Source: Candidatus Micrarchaeota archaeon
GTDB taxonomy: Archaea > Micrarchaeota > Micrarchaeia > Anstonellales > Bilamarchaeaceae
Length of the DNA: 64,000 nt
Assembly: GCA_040757035.1 (NCBI GenBank)
Contig: JBFLYM010000002.1
Location: forward strand, 4,300-68,299
Reading direction: 5' to 3'
Shown here: positions 1 to 7,894 of the stretch, in pieces
Position numbering within the stretch: position 1 is the stretch's first letter
Layout: each line of letters begins with the position of its first letter
Notes under the pieces: generated by a model
The model's input: the letters and a program-made list of their open reading frames with translations, nothing else
Told to the model about the DNA's origin: nothing
Databases searched by the model: none
Translations under genes and position numbers: made by a program

Positions 1-219
1 ACCTTTGCGAAATCAAAACTCAAGACCAGAAACATGTTTTCCACAGTCCCCCACGCTACCAATACGCAGTTCCCTGTTTTCTGTTTTCAATTCCGAAATC
101 CAAAACCAATTCCGAAACAAAACCCATAAGGCAAAATTTGAAACCAAAAACTCAAGACCGAAAACTCTTACGCTATCATGGCCATCTAGTGGATTAGTAA
201 TTGGTTAGTACAATATAAA

Positions 220-1101
220 TTAAAATATCTTCAAATGTTTTTTTAAATATGTGCCATCACCGTGTACAAATTCTATCCTCTTTGCATTGGTTGATTTTAT
301 AAATTCAAGTAAATCGTAAAAATCAGCGTGATCGCTTAATAGAAATGAAATATCAGTATCAAAAAACCTGGAAAGCGCCCAACCAGTTGCAACCGCTACT
401 AAAGTCTTTCTTCCAAACGCTTGTGCCAATTTGTTTGCAAAATATCTCTTTGCTTTTTTCATTTCCACAATTCCGACAAACGGCTTTGTCATTAATTGCT
501 CTGCTTCTTCAGTTCCTACAACAGCGCGCTCCAATTTTACTCCAAACTTTTCGTAAATACAATTGAAATGTTCTATGTTTTTGTCCACTATAGGTACTAT
601 TCCAAAGGAATTAAGAATTTTAATCAGTTCTTGAGATTTCCCAAGTGCATAACCGCCTATGAGCAGATTACATTGCGAGTTTTTATTTACCCATTTTTCT
701 ATATCAGAATATATTTCGCAATAATCTGGAAACTTGTATTGCGGATTGCCATATGTTGATTCTATTATGAGAAAATCACATTCGACAATTTCCGCGCCTT
801 TAAAAAGAATTGACGAGCGCGTACGTATATCGCCAGTGTAAAGAATTTTTTCTCCCTTGTTTTCAACAACAAGCTGACGCGAACCCAAAATATGCCCTGC
901 ATTAAGAAGTTTTGTGTTTTGAAGTTTTGTGTTTTGACCCAAAAGATTGCCCAAAGCGATTGTTTCATCGCTCGCCATAATGCGCGTTTTATTTTTTACG
1001 CCAACAATATGATCGTTATGTGCGTGAGAAATAAACGAAACGTCGCCACCACCGCCAGCTCTATCCAAAGAAATAAGCGCTTCTTGAGATTGAATATGCA
1101 T
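220..1101 (-). CDS. MBL-fold / beta-CASP-like metallo-hydrolase (probable RNA-processing nuclease, short form)
   Basis: HAHNDH (HxHxDH) zinc motif plus ESTYG, SDHAD and HGD motifs typical of beta-CASP motifs A-C. Contains an in-frame tandem repeat QNTKLQNTKL from a 15-bp DNA duplication. Confidence 0.6.
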   Translation of the reverse strand: MHIQSQEALISLDRAGGGGDVSFISHAHNDHIVGVKNKTRIMASDETIALGNLLGQNTKLQNTKLLNAGHILGSRQLVVENKGEKILYTGDIRTRSSILFKGAEIVECDFLIIESTYGNPQYKFPDYCEIYSDIEKWVNKNSQCNLLIGGYALGKSQELIKILNSFGIVPIVDKNIEHFNCIYEKFGVKLERAVVGTEEAEQLMTKPFVGIVEMKKAKRYFANKLAQAFGRKTLVAVATGWALSRFFDTDISFLLSDHADFYDLLEFIKSTNAKRIEFVHGDGTYLKKHLKIF

Positions 1102-1142
1102 AACAATGTTTTACAAAAGCAATACATTTATTTCTATTATTT

Positions 1143-2222
1143 CTATTCAACAGTCTTAACCGTTGTGACAAAATATTGTTTTTTTCCGCATTCGCGGCAT
1201 CGCGAATCTTCAGTGATTAGGATTTCGGTTGCTCCAAATCCAAATCTTTTTACAAGAAGCGCGTTGCAATTGTAGCAATAAGTACTTTCTGTCTCAGCAT
1301 CTGCGCGATTGCCTGTATATGCGTATCTTAATCCTTCTTCAAACGCAATCGCTCTCGCTTTGCGCAGTGTTTCTAGCGGAGTTGCCGGCACGTTGATCAT
1401 TTTATACGCTGGATAAAACCCTATAAAATGTACAGGAATATTTTTGTCAACATCCGCTATCCATTTTGAAAGCGCGTGCAACTCATCCGCGCTGTCGTTT
1501 AATTTCGGAATTATCAGATTTATAATTTCTATGTGCATAATTTTGTGCAATGCTTTTATATTTTGCAAAACGGCTTCAAGTTTCGCATCTCCAACAACAT
1601 TACTGTATATTTTTTGATTGAACCCCTTTAAGTCTATGCGCGACGCGTCTATAAATGGTTTCATAAGATTTATCGCAGCAGCACTCATATAGCCATTTGT
1701 AACAAAAACATTATACATTTTTTTTTCTTTTGCGAGCTTCGCGGTATCTATTGCGTATTCCATAAATATTGTTGGTTCGGTATATGTATACGCAATTCCA
1801 TCTGCCTTCTCATATTCAGCAAGTTTTATCATTTGTTCTGGAGAGATATCTTCACCAGTGATGTTATCCCGTTGCTGGCTTATGTCCCAATTTTGACAAT
1901 ACTTGCACCGAAAATTGCAGCCTACTGTTGCGAAAGAAAGCGCATTGGTTCCTGGCATGAAATGATAAAATGGTTTTTTCTCTATCGGATCTGTTGCAAC
2001 AGCGATTGCTTTTCCATAATTCAGTGAATATAATATCCCGCCGATATTTTTTCTTACGCCGCAAAAACCTCTTTCGTTTTCTAAAATCTTGCAAAATCTA
2101 TTACACATAAAACAATTTACACTTTTATCTACACTTTTGGAATAAAGAAGCGCTTCTTTCATAATTGCTTCTTTCGTACGTATTGTCTTCATAACTACTT
2201 CCTTTATAGGTACTTCCTTCAT
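1143..2222 (-). CDS. AmmeMemoRadiSam-system radical SAM enzyme (PFL-activase-like)
   Basis: CNFRCKYCQNW matches the CxxxCxxC radical-SAM cluster motif. N-terminal Cys-rich region and overall length fit the AmmeMemoRadiSam radical SAM family. Confidence 0.65.
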   Translation of the reverse strand: MKEVPIKEVVMKTIRTKEAIMKEALLYSKSVDKSVNCFMCNRFCKILENERGFCGVRKNIGGILYSLNYGKAIAVATDPIEKKPFYHFMPGTNALSFATVGCNFRCKYCQNWDISQQRDNITGEDISPEQMIKLAEYEKADGIAYTYTEPTIFMEYAIDTAKLAKEKKMYNVFVTNGYMSAAAINLMKPFIDASRIDLKGFNQKIYSNVVGDAKLEAVLQNIKALHKIMHIEIINLIIPKLNDSADELHALSKWIADVDKNIPVHFIGFYPAYKMINVPATPLETLRKARAIAFEEGLRYAYTGNRADAETESTYCYNCNALLVKRFGFGATEILITEDSRCRECGKKQYFVTTVKTVE

Positions 2223-2225
2223 CCT

Positions 2226-3101
2226 TCATAATTCTAATCCGAGTCCATCTTCAGCAACTATTGTATTCGGAAATATCTTTTTTGCTTCTTTAAGGAGTTG
2301 CGAGAGTTGCAGAGCATTAGAATATCTTCCGCTTATATGCGTAAGCACAAGTTTCTTCACTTCTGCTTCGCTTGCAATTTCTGCGGCCTGCACCGCGGTA
2401 CTATGGCTGCGTTTTTTCGCTTCATCCTCTAGTTTTTTGTCATATGTAGCGTCGTGTATAAGCAAATCGGCATTCTTTGCTGATTTTATAACATTGCTGG
2501 ATGGTGAACAATCCCCACTGTAAACTATTTTTCTTCCTTTTTTCAACCATGTAACATCTTCAAGTTCAATTCTGTTTTTTCCTATTTTTATAAATCCCTG
2601 TTCCTGAATTCTGCGAAACATTTCTCCCTTTAATCCGAGCGCGTGCGCCTTTTCTTCGTAGAATTTCAAAATATCGTATTCTTTAAACACAAACCCAAAG
2701 CTTTCGCCAACATGTTTTACTTTAAACGCAGAGATTTCTCCTTCTCCATCCTTAAGCAATAATCCTGGTTTTATTTCGTTTATTTCAAGAAAATCCCATT
2801 TCTTTGGCAATAAAAGTTGAAATTTTTGCGGAGCGTAAATTAAAAGTTTTTGTGCAAACACCGATGAAAGCCGAAGCGTTTCTATAAGCCCGAACACTCC
2901 AAGAAAATGATCCAGATGTAAATGAGAAATAAATATTGCTTTCACGCTTCCGAATCCAATCCTGTATTTCATCATTTGTCTTTGCGTGCCTTCTCCGCAA
3001 TCCCACAAATAAAGTTCTTTTGCCTTTAGCGCAACAGAAGGCATGCTGCGATTTACTGTTGGTATGGATGCACTTGTACCAAGGAAAGTAATTTTAAGCA
3101 T
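2226..3101 (-). CDS. rnz: Ribonuclease Z (tRNA 3' endonuclease)
   Basis: MLKITFLGTSASIP N-terminus and HLHLDHFLG zinc motif. Length about 290 aa is typical of short-form RNase Z. Confidence 0.85.
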   Translation of the reverse strand: MLKITFLGTSASIPTVNRSMPSVALKAKELYLWDCGEGTQRQMMKYRIGFGSVKAIFISHLHLDHFLGVFGLIETLRLSSVFAQKLLIYAPQKFQLLLPKKWDFLEINEIKPGLLLKDGEGEISAFKVKHVGESFGFVFKEYDILKFYEEKAHALGLKGEMFRRIQEQGFIKIGKNRIELEDVTWLKKGRKIVYSGDCSPSSNVIKSAKNADLLIHDATYDKKLEDEAKKRSHSTAVQAAEIASEAEVKKLVLTHISGRYSNALQLSQLLKEAKKIFPNTIVAEDGLGLEL

Positions 3102-3260
3102 GCATTATTATAGTGTTTGATTTATATAATTATATAATTACTACAATCGTTTGTCAACTACCGTCAACTACCTCCTATTGAAATGATCAACTATGACCAG
3201 CTATGACTAAGTTGTAACCTATAGTTGTGAAAAAAAGCTTATTGCTAACTTGTTTTTGCT

Positions 3261-3358
3261 ATATACTCAACCAACTAAGTTTTTCCGATTTTGTTTTTTA
3301 GGTTTTATCTCGATTGGTTGAGTATATGCGATCCACGTTTTTTTAGTGGATCGGTATA
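3261..3358. repeat. 98-bp nested-hairpin intergenic repeat, copy A (family R1)
   Basis: Near-identical (1 mismatch) to the reverse complement of 12794-12891 and highly similar to 51748-51845. Stem 1 is atactcaaccaa/ttggttgagtat. Stem 2 is cgatccac/gtggatcg around a T-rich loop. It supplies the C-terminal 27 codons and stop of the upstream decarboxylase ORF. Confidence 0.9.
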
Positions 3359-4661
3359 ACCAACTTGCTTTTCTCTGTCCGGAAATTATTTTTTCGAACT
3401 CATCGTGTTTGCGCACTAATTCGTATTTTCCATTATTCACTAATATTTCCGCTGCTCTTGTTCTGAGATTGTAATTTGAGCTCATACTATATCCGTATGC
3501 GCCAGTAGTAAGCACGCACAATAAATCTCCTTCACTAAGTTTTGGCAAAGTTCGCGCGCGCGCAATGTAATCTCCGCTTTCGCATATTGGACCAACAACA
3601 TCATAAACATCATAAGTTTCCTGTTTTTTGTTTTTGGTTTCTGGTTTTCCATCCACAATTATGTGATGATAAGAATCGTACATAGTTGGACGCACCAAAA
3701 CATTAAAGCCTGCGTCTATTCCTGCAAATTTTTTATGCGGAGTTTGTTTGAGTGTATTTACGCGCGTGAGCAAAACAACCGCATCCGCAACTAAAAATCT
3801 TCCAGGTTCTATGCAAAAATACGGTTCGCCCAATTTATGCTCTTTAAGTTTTCGCACAAAAAGCCCGAGCACTTCATTCACATATTTGTCAAGATCGAAC
3901 TCATCTTCTGGTTTGTAAGGAACACCTAACCCGCCGCCTATATCTATAAACTCAAACTTTATTCCTGTTTTTTTCGCGATTTTGCCCGCTATGTCCATAA
4001 ATCGCGCAAGTGGTTGAATAAAATCCACTACATTTAGAATACCAGAACCTATATGCATATGAATTCCGAATTTTTTTACACCACCTATTGATTTGGCTCT
4101 TTCATAGAATTCAAGCGCATCGTGCTCCCATATCCCAAATTTTGAATCTGGACCAGCAGTAATGGTATGCGAATGATGGCCAGCGCCGATTTCTGGATTT
4201 ATTCTTGCGGAAATAAACTTGGATTTTACAATTTTAATTAATCGTTCAAGTGCGGAACGCGAATCCAGGTTCATGCGTATTTTTTTTTCAGAAAGCGCAC
4301 GCAATTCGTCATCTGTGACGTTTGTGCCAGTGAAAAGTATTTTTTCTTTTGCGAAACCTGCATCAAGCGCAGCGAGGACTTCGTTTAGAGAAAGCGCGTC
4401 AATATACGAACCTTCTGAATTAAGTATTTTGAGTATGTTAAGATTAGAATTTGCTTTCATTGCGTAATGAATCCGGACTTTGTTGATTTTGTATTTTTTT
4501 GCGAGCGCGTTTCTAAGCCGGATATAATTCTCTCGGATGCGGTTCTCGTTTATCACATAAAGTGGGGTGCGGAATTTTTTTGCGAGCAAAGCCGCGCTGA
4601 CACTCCCTATAAAAAGATTTCCATTTCTATTTACAATACCGGTTTTATAAAAATCTACCAT
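3267..4661 (-). CDS. lysA: PLP-dependent decarboxylase, diaminopimelate/ornithine/arginine decarboxylase fold (likely LysA)
   Basis: HYAMKAN PLP-lysine motif, TIM-barrel plus beta-sandwich organisation and CESGD motif. The C-terminal tail is encoded by repeat copy A. Confidence 0.7.
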   Translation of the reverse strand: MVDFYKTGIVNRNGNLFIGSVSAALLAKKFRTPLYVINENRIRENYIRLRNALAKKYKINKVRIHYAMKANSNLNILKILNSEGSYIDALSLNEVLAALDAGFAKEKILFTGTNVTDDELRALSEKKIRMNLDSRSALERLIKIVKSKFISARINPEIGAGHHSHTITAGPDSKFGIWEHDALEFYERAKSIGGVKKFGIHMHIGSGILNVVDFIQPLARFMDIAGKIAKKTGIKFEFIDIGGGLGVPYKPEDEFDLDKYVNEVLGLFVRKLKEHKLGEPYFCIEPGRFLVADAVVLLTRVNTLKQTPHKKFAGIDAGFNVLVRPTMYDSYHHIIVDGKPETKNKKQETYDVYDVVGPICESGDYIARARTLPKLSEGDLLCVLTTGAYGYSMSSNYNLRTRAAEILVNNGKYELVRKHDEFEKIISGQRKASWLYRSTKKTWIAYTQPIEIKPKKQNRKNLVG

Positions 4662-4703
4662 TTAAATCTCCTGCGGAATGCGAATCCAGGTTTATGCGTG
4701 TTT

Positions 4704-5966
4704 TTATTCCAATAACCACTTCCATAATGGAATTAGCTTTATTGCTTTGTTTTTCACCTTTAGTCCAGCTTCAAAATCTATGGTGATTATTGTTAAATTG
4801 TTGCACTTAAGTCTTTCACTTGCTGCAATAAGCGCATCAATTTCCCGTTCCTTCAGTTCATCTAGCAAGGATAGTGCAGTAACTTGAATTAGCTCTACGA
4901 TTTTTTGGCGTCTTTTCAAAACAAAGTCCACTTCCTTCTGGAAATAATCCTTCCAATAATAAACTTCCAATTCATGGTCCGTCTCTTTTTTCCGTTGAAG
5001 CTGAATAGCAACAATGTTTTCAAGAATTCGTCCTTTATTTTCTGAGAACTTGAAACCGATCAGATTAACAATTCCTGAGTCGATGCAATAAACCTTCTTG
5101 GGTGCAATAAACTGCTGTTTTAGCTTGAAGTCAAAACGTTCAACTTTAAAGACCAAAAAGCATTCTTCAAGATATGAAAACCACTTGGAAACAGTGGAAA
5201 CGTGTTTTACATCGAGCAGTTTTGCCAAAGAGCTATAAGTGAATTCTCCAGCAATGTTGGAAACAAGATATTTAGCCATTTGCTTTAGATTATCGCTTTT
5301 CTTTATTTTGTGTCTAACAACAATATCTTTGGTCAGAACGTCATCATATGTCCTTAGAAGTATCGTTTTGCCAAACTTGTAGGCCTCTGGCATGCCGCCG
5401 TTGATAAGGTAATCCTGAAGGTAATTGCCTATAATCGCCTTTTCCTGTGTAGTGTAGGCCTTTGAAAAGGTGAAATCCCGAAACGACAAATATTCTTTAA
5501 ATGAGAAGGGAAACAGCCTGATGGCTATGTGCCTGCCAGTGATGTGAGTGGCCAGTTCACTCGATAACAGACTGGAATTGCTGCCGGTGAGGATAACCCG
5601 CTTTGAACGCCTTAACCTATTGGCAAAAAGTTCCCAACCAACTATGTTCTGGATCTCATCCAAAACAATATAATCTATTTCCCTATAAAGCTCATAGAAG
5701 GCTTGCAAAACAGAGTCTAAATCGCTCGCCTTAAGCCCGAAAAGCCGCTCGTCGTCAAAGTTAACGTAGCCGAACTGGTGCCCTTGTTCAAGCAAATAGG
5801 AGAATATTGATTTACCGCACCGCCTAATCCCGGTAACTACAAGGATATTTGGGTAGTTGAGATAGGTCCGTGCTTCCGATAATCCTTCCCTCGGGATAAT
5901 ATGCTCGGTTTTTTGGATATTCTCCAATTCGAGCCTCTGCTCTTTGATAATTCCTTTTAAATCCAT
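4704..5966 (-). CDS. AAA+ ATPase, COG1373 type (AAA_14 plus DUF4143/PD-(D/E)xK-like C-terminal domain), paralog 1
   Basis: Walker A GIRRCGKS and Walker B VLDEIQ. C-terminal E..DFV..K motif. Ends ...LWKWLLE, as in the paralogs at 10086 and 21649. Confidence 0.75.
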   Translation of the reverse strand: MDLKGIIKEQRLELENIQKTEHIIPREGLSEARTYLNYPNILVVTGIRRCGKSIFSYLLEQGHQFGYVNFDDERLFGLKASDLDSVLQAFYELYREIDYIVLDEIQNIVGWELFANRLRRSKRVILTGSNSSLLSSELATHITGRHIAIRLFPFSFKEYLSFRDFTFSKAYTTQEKAIIGNYLQDYLINGGMPEAYKFGKTILLRTYDDVLTKDIVVRHKIKKSDNLKQMAKYLVSNIAGEFTYSSLAKLLDVKHVSTVSKWFSYLEECFLVFKVERFDFKLKQQFIAPKKVYCIDSGIVNLIGFKFSENKGRILENIVAIQLQRKKETDHELEVYYWKDYFQKEVDFVLKRRQKIVELIQVTALSLLDELKEREIDALIAASERLKCNNLTIITIDFEAGLKVKNKAIKLIPLWKWLLE

Positions 5967-6082
5967 GATAGATTATTAGAAAACAAATTTAAAAAGTTTT
6001 CTATTATGATAGATAACATTAAGTTGGACTAGTATATTTATAATTTGCGCTGTGATATTTCAGTGAGAGTTTGGTCGGGTAG

Positions 6083-6772
6083 TTGATAATGGTAACCGTA
6101 GCACATGTAGTATCAAAGCTTATAAGAATGGAGCCAATAATTGAGGACGCGCTTGCAAAGGATTTATTCAATTATTCAAAATTAGCCACGTATTTTCATT
6201 CTAAAGTTGAAAAAGAGATGAATAAACCGATCAAACTTTCAGCAATAATCATGGCAATAGCGCGCGCATCAGAAAAAATCAGGCAGGAATATCACAGGCA
6301 AGCGCATAAACTTTATTTTGCGCAAATAGAACTCAGCGTGCGTTCTGGTCTTGCGGAAATAACAATACAAAAATCCACATCATGTTTTAATAAAATCACT
6401 GAACTTTACAATATTGTTGATCTTTCTGCAGGGGATATTCTAAACATCAACTTGGGCGGAAGCGAAGTTTCAATAGTATATACTGCGCACTATATGAACG
6501 AATTCAAAAAAGCGCTTGAGGATGAGAATATAAAATTAGAGATTAGCGGTCTTGCTGAAATATCGGTGCGCTTTCCGAAAGATTGTTTATACGAACCTGG
6601 TTTTATTTACGCGATAACAAGACAATTTGCGTGGTATTCAATAAATATAGTTGAGATAATTTCTACTTTAAGCGAGCTTATATTAGTAATAAAAAATGAG
6701 GATACCACACGAGCATATAGCGCGCTTCAAGAACTTTTTTCGCAAAGTTCGCAACAGAGTTCGCAAAAATAA
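6083..6772 (+). CDS. hypothetical protein (possibly ACT-like regulatory domains)
   Basis: 229-aa ORF with good coding periodicity. No recognisable catalytic motif. Confidence 0.4.
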   Translation: MIMVTVAHVVSKLIRMEPIIEDALAKDLFNYSKLATYFHSKVEKEMNKPIKLSAIIMAIARASEKIRQEYHRQAHKLYFAQIELSVRSGLAEITIQKSTSCFNKITELYNIVDLSAGDILNINLGGSEVSIVYTAHYMNEFKKALEDENIKLEISGLAEISVRFPKDCLYEPGFIYAITRQFAWYSINIVEIISTLSELILVIKNEDTTRAYSALQELFSQSSQQSSQK

Positions 6773-6967
6773 ATAGCCCCGATCGGATTCTCGCCACTCA
6801 ATCCCAACGTTATCTAAAGAGGGTAAAGCCCCCTTGGGCTGACATTCGAACCGATGTTACAAGGTTTCTCCATTTTTTAGTGGATCAGTATATTTTGTGT
6901 TCCAAAATTGAAAACAGAAAACAAGGAAACCAGAGCCTTGTATCCTTGACCGCTAGAAGACGGGGCT
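6773..6967. ncRNA. candidate structured RNA / GC-enriched intergenic element
   Basis: Convergent intergenic region clearly GC-richer than its surroundings. Terminal inverted repeat agccccg...cggggct could close about 185 nt. Contains an R1-derived motif ttttttagtggatcagtata at 6874-6893. Confidence 0.2.
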
Positions 6968-7879
6968 TTATACAAATTCCAAAAACGCAGCTTCTATCGC
7001 ATCTTTTGCAACCGCATGTTTTACAAGCGGTTTTTCTTTTAATTGCGGGGTTTCGCTTTCATAGGTTGGCCTTTCTTCTCTATAAAAAATACCTATAGGT
7101 ATTTTTTCATAATTACTCGTAATTTCTTCAAACGCTTTTTCAAGTGCCGCAGTTTTATTTTTTTGATTGTATCCTTCTGATTGTCCTTCTAATCGTCCTT
7201 CTAATTTATAAATTCTCTGCTGCCACCATTGATAAGTATTTAATTTGTTAAAAGTAACGCAAGGTTGGAGCGCATCAACAAGCGCAAAACCCTTATGCGT
7301 TATTGCCTGCTTTAAAACATCTTTGGTGTGCATTATATCACCGGCAAACACGCGCGCGACAAAAGTCGCTCCGCTTGCTATTGCAGTGGCTAGTGGATTG
7401 AACGGGGTTTCAAGATTTCCATGCGGAGTGGATTTGGTTTTCATTCCTTTCTGAGTTGTTGGTGATGCCTGTCCTGTAGTAAGCCCATATAAAGCGTTAT
7501 TATGAACGATATAGGTCATATCAATATTACGTCTGAATGAATGTAAAAAATGCGCTGAACCTATACCATATCCATCTCCATCTCCGCTTTCAGCGATCAC
7601 TGTAAGTTCGTGATTCCCAAGTTTTATTCCTGCGGCTGTTGGAACGCTTCTTCCATGCAAAGATTCATATCCATAAACATTGATGTAATGATTGCTTTTA
7701 CTCGCGCATCCTATTCCTGTGACTATAACTATCTTTTCTCTTGGAATGTAAAGTTCAGCGAGCGCACTTTTGAACGCCATGTGCAAACTATAGTTTCCGC
7801 AACCAGGACACCACGGCGGTTTTTCTTTTGTGCTGAATTCTTGCACTGTATTTTGCACTGTATTTTGTATTGTACTCAT
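6968..7879 (-). CDS. korB: 2-oxoacid:ferredoxin oxidoreductase, beta (TPP-binding) subunit
   Basis: CPGCG Cys motif and the GDG..G TPP-binding motif (ESGDGDGYGIG). N-terminus carries the in-frame duplication NTVQNTVQ. Confidence 0.85.
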   Translation of the reverse strand: MSTIQNTVQNTVQEFSTKEKPPWCPGCGNYSLHMAFKSALAELYIPREKIVIVTGIGCASKSNHYINVYGYESLHGRSVPTAAGIKLGNHELTVIAESGDGDGYGIGSAHFLHSFRRNIDMTYIVHNNALYGLTTGQASPTTQKGMKTKSTPHGNLETPFNPLATAIASGATFVARVFAGDIMHTKDVLKQAITHKGFALVDALQPCVTFNKLNTYQWWQQRIYKLEGRLEGQSEGYNQKNKTAALEKAFEEITSNYEKIPIGIFYREERPTYESETPQLKEKPLVKHAVAKDAIEAAFLEFV

Positions 7880-7894
7880 TTTATCGTACTCGTT

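Noticed and set aside
5-208. 67-aa ORF at the window start
   Set aside because: It falls in the periodic repeat tract, has proline/arginine-rich low-complexity translation and no start context. It is probably not coding.
6776-6966. Possible tRNA (7-bp complementary ends agccccg/cggggct reminiscent of an acceptor stem)
   Set aside because: At ~190 nt it is far too long without an implausibly large intron. No D-arm or GTTCRANYC T-arm could be fitted on either strand. Kept only as a generic ncRNA candidate.
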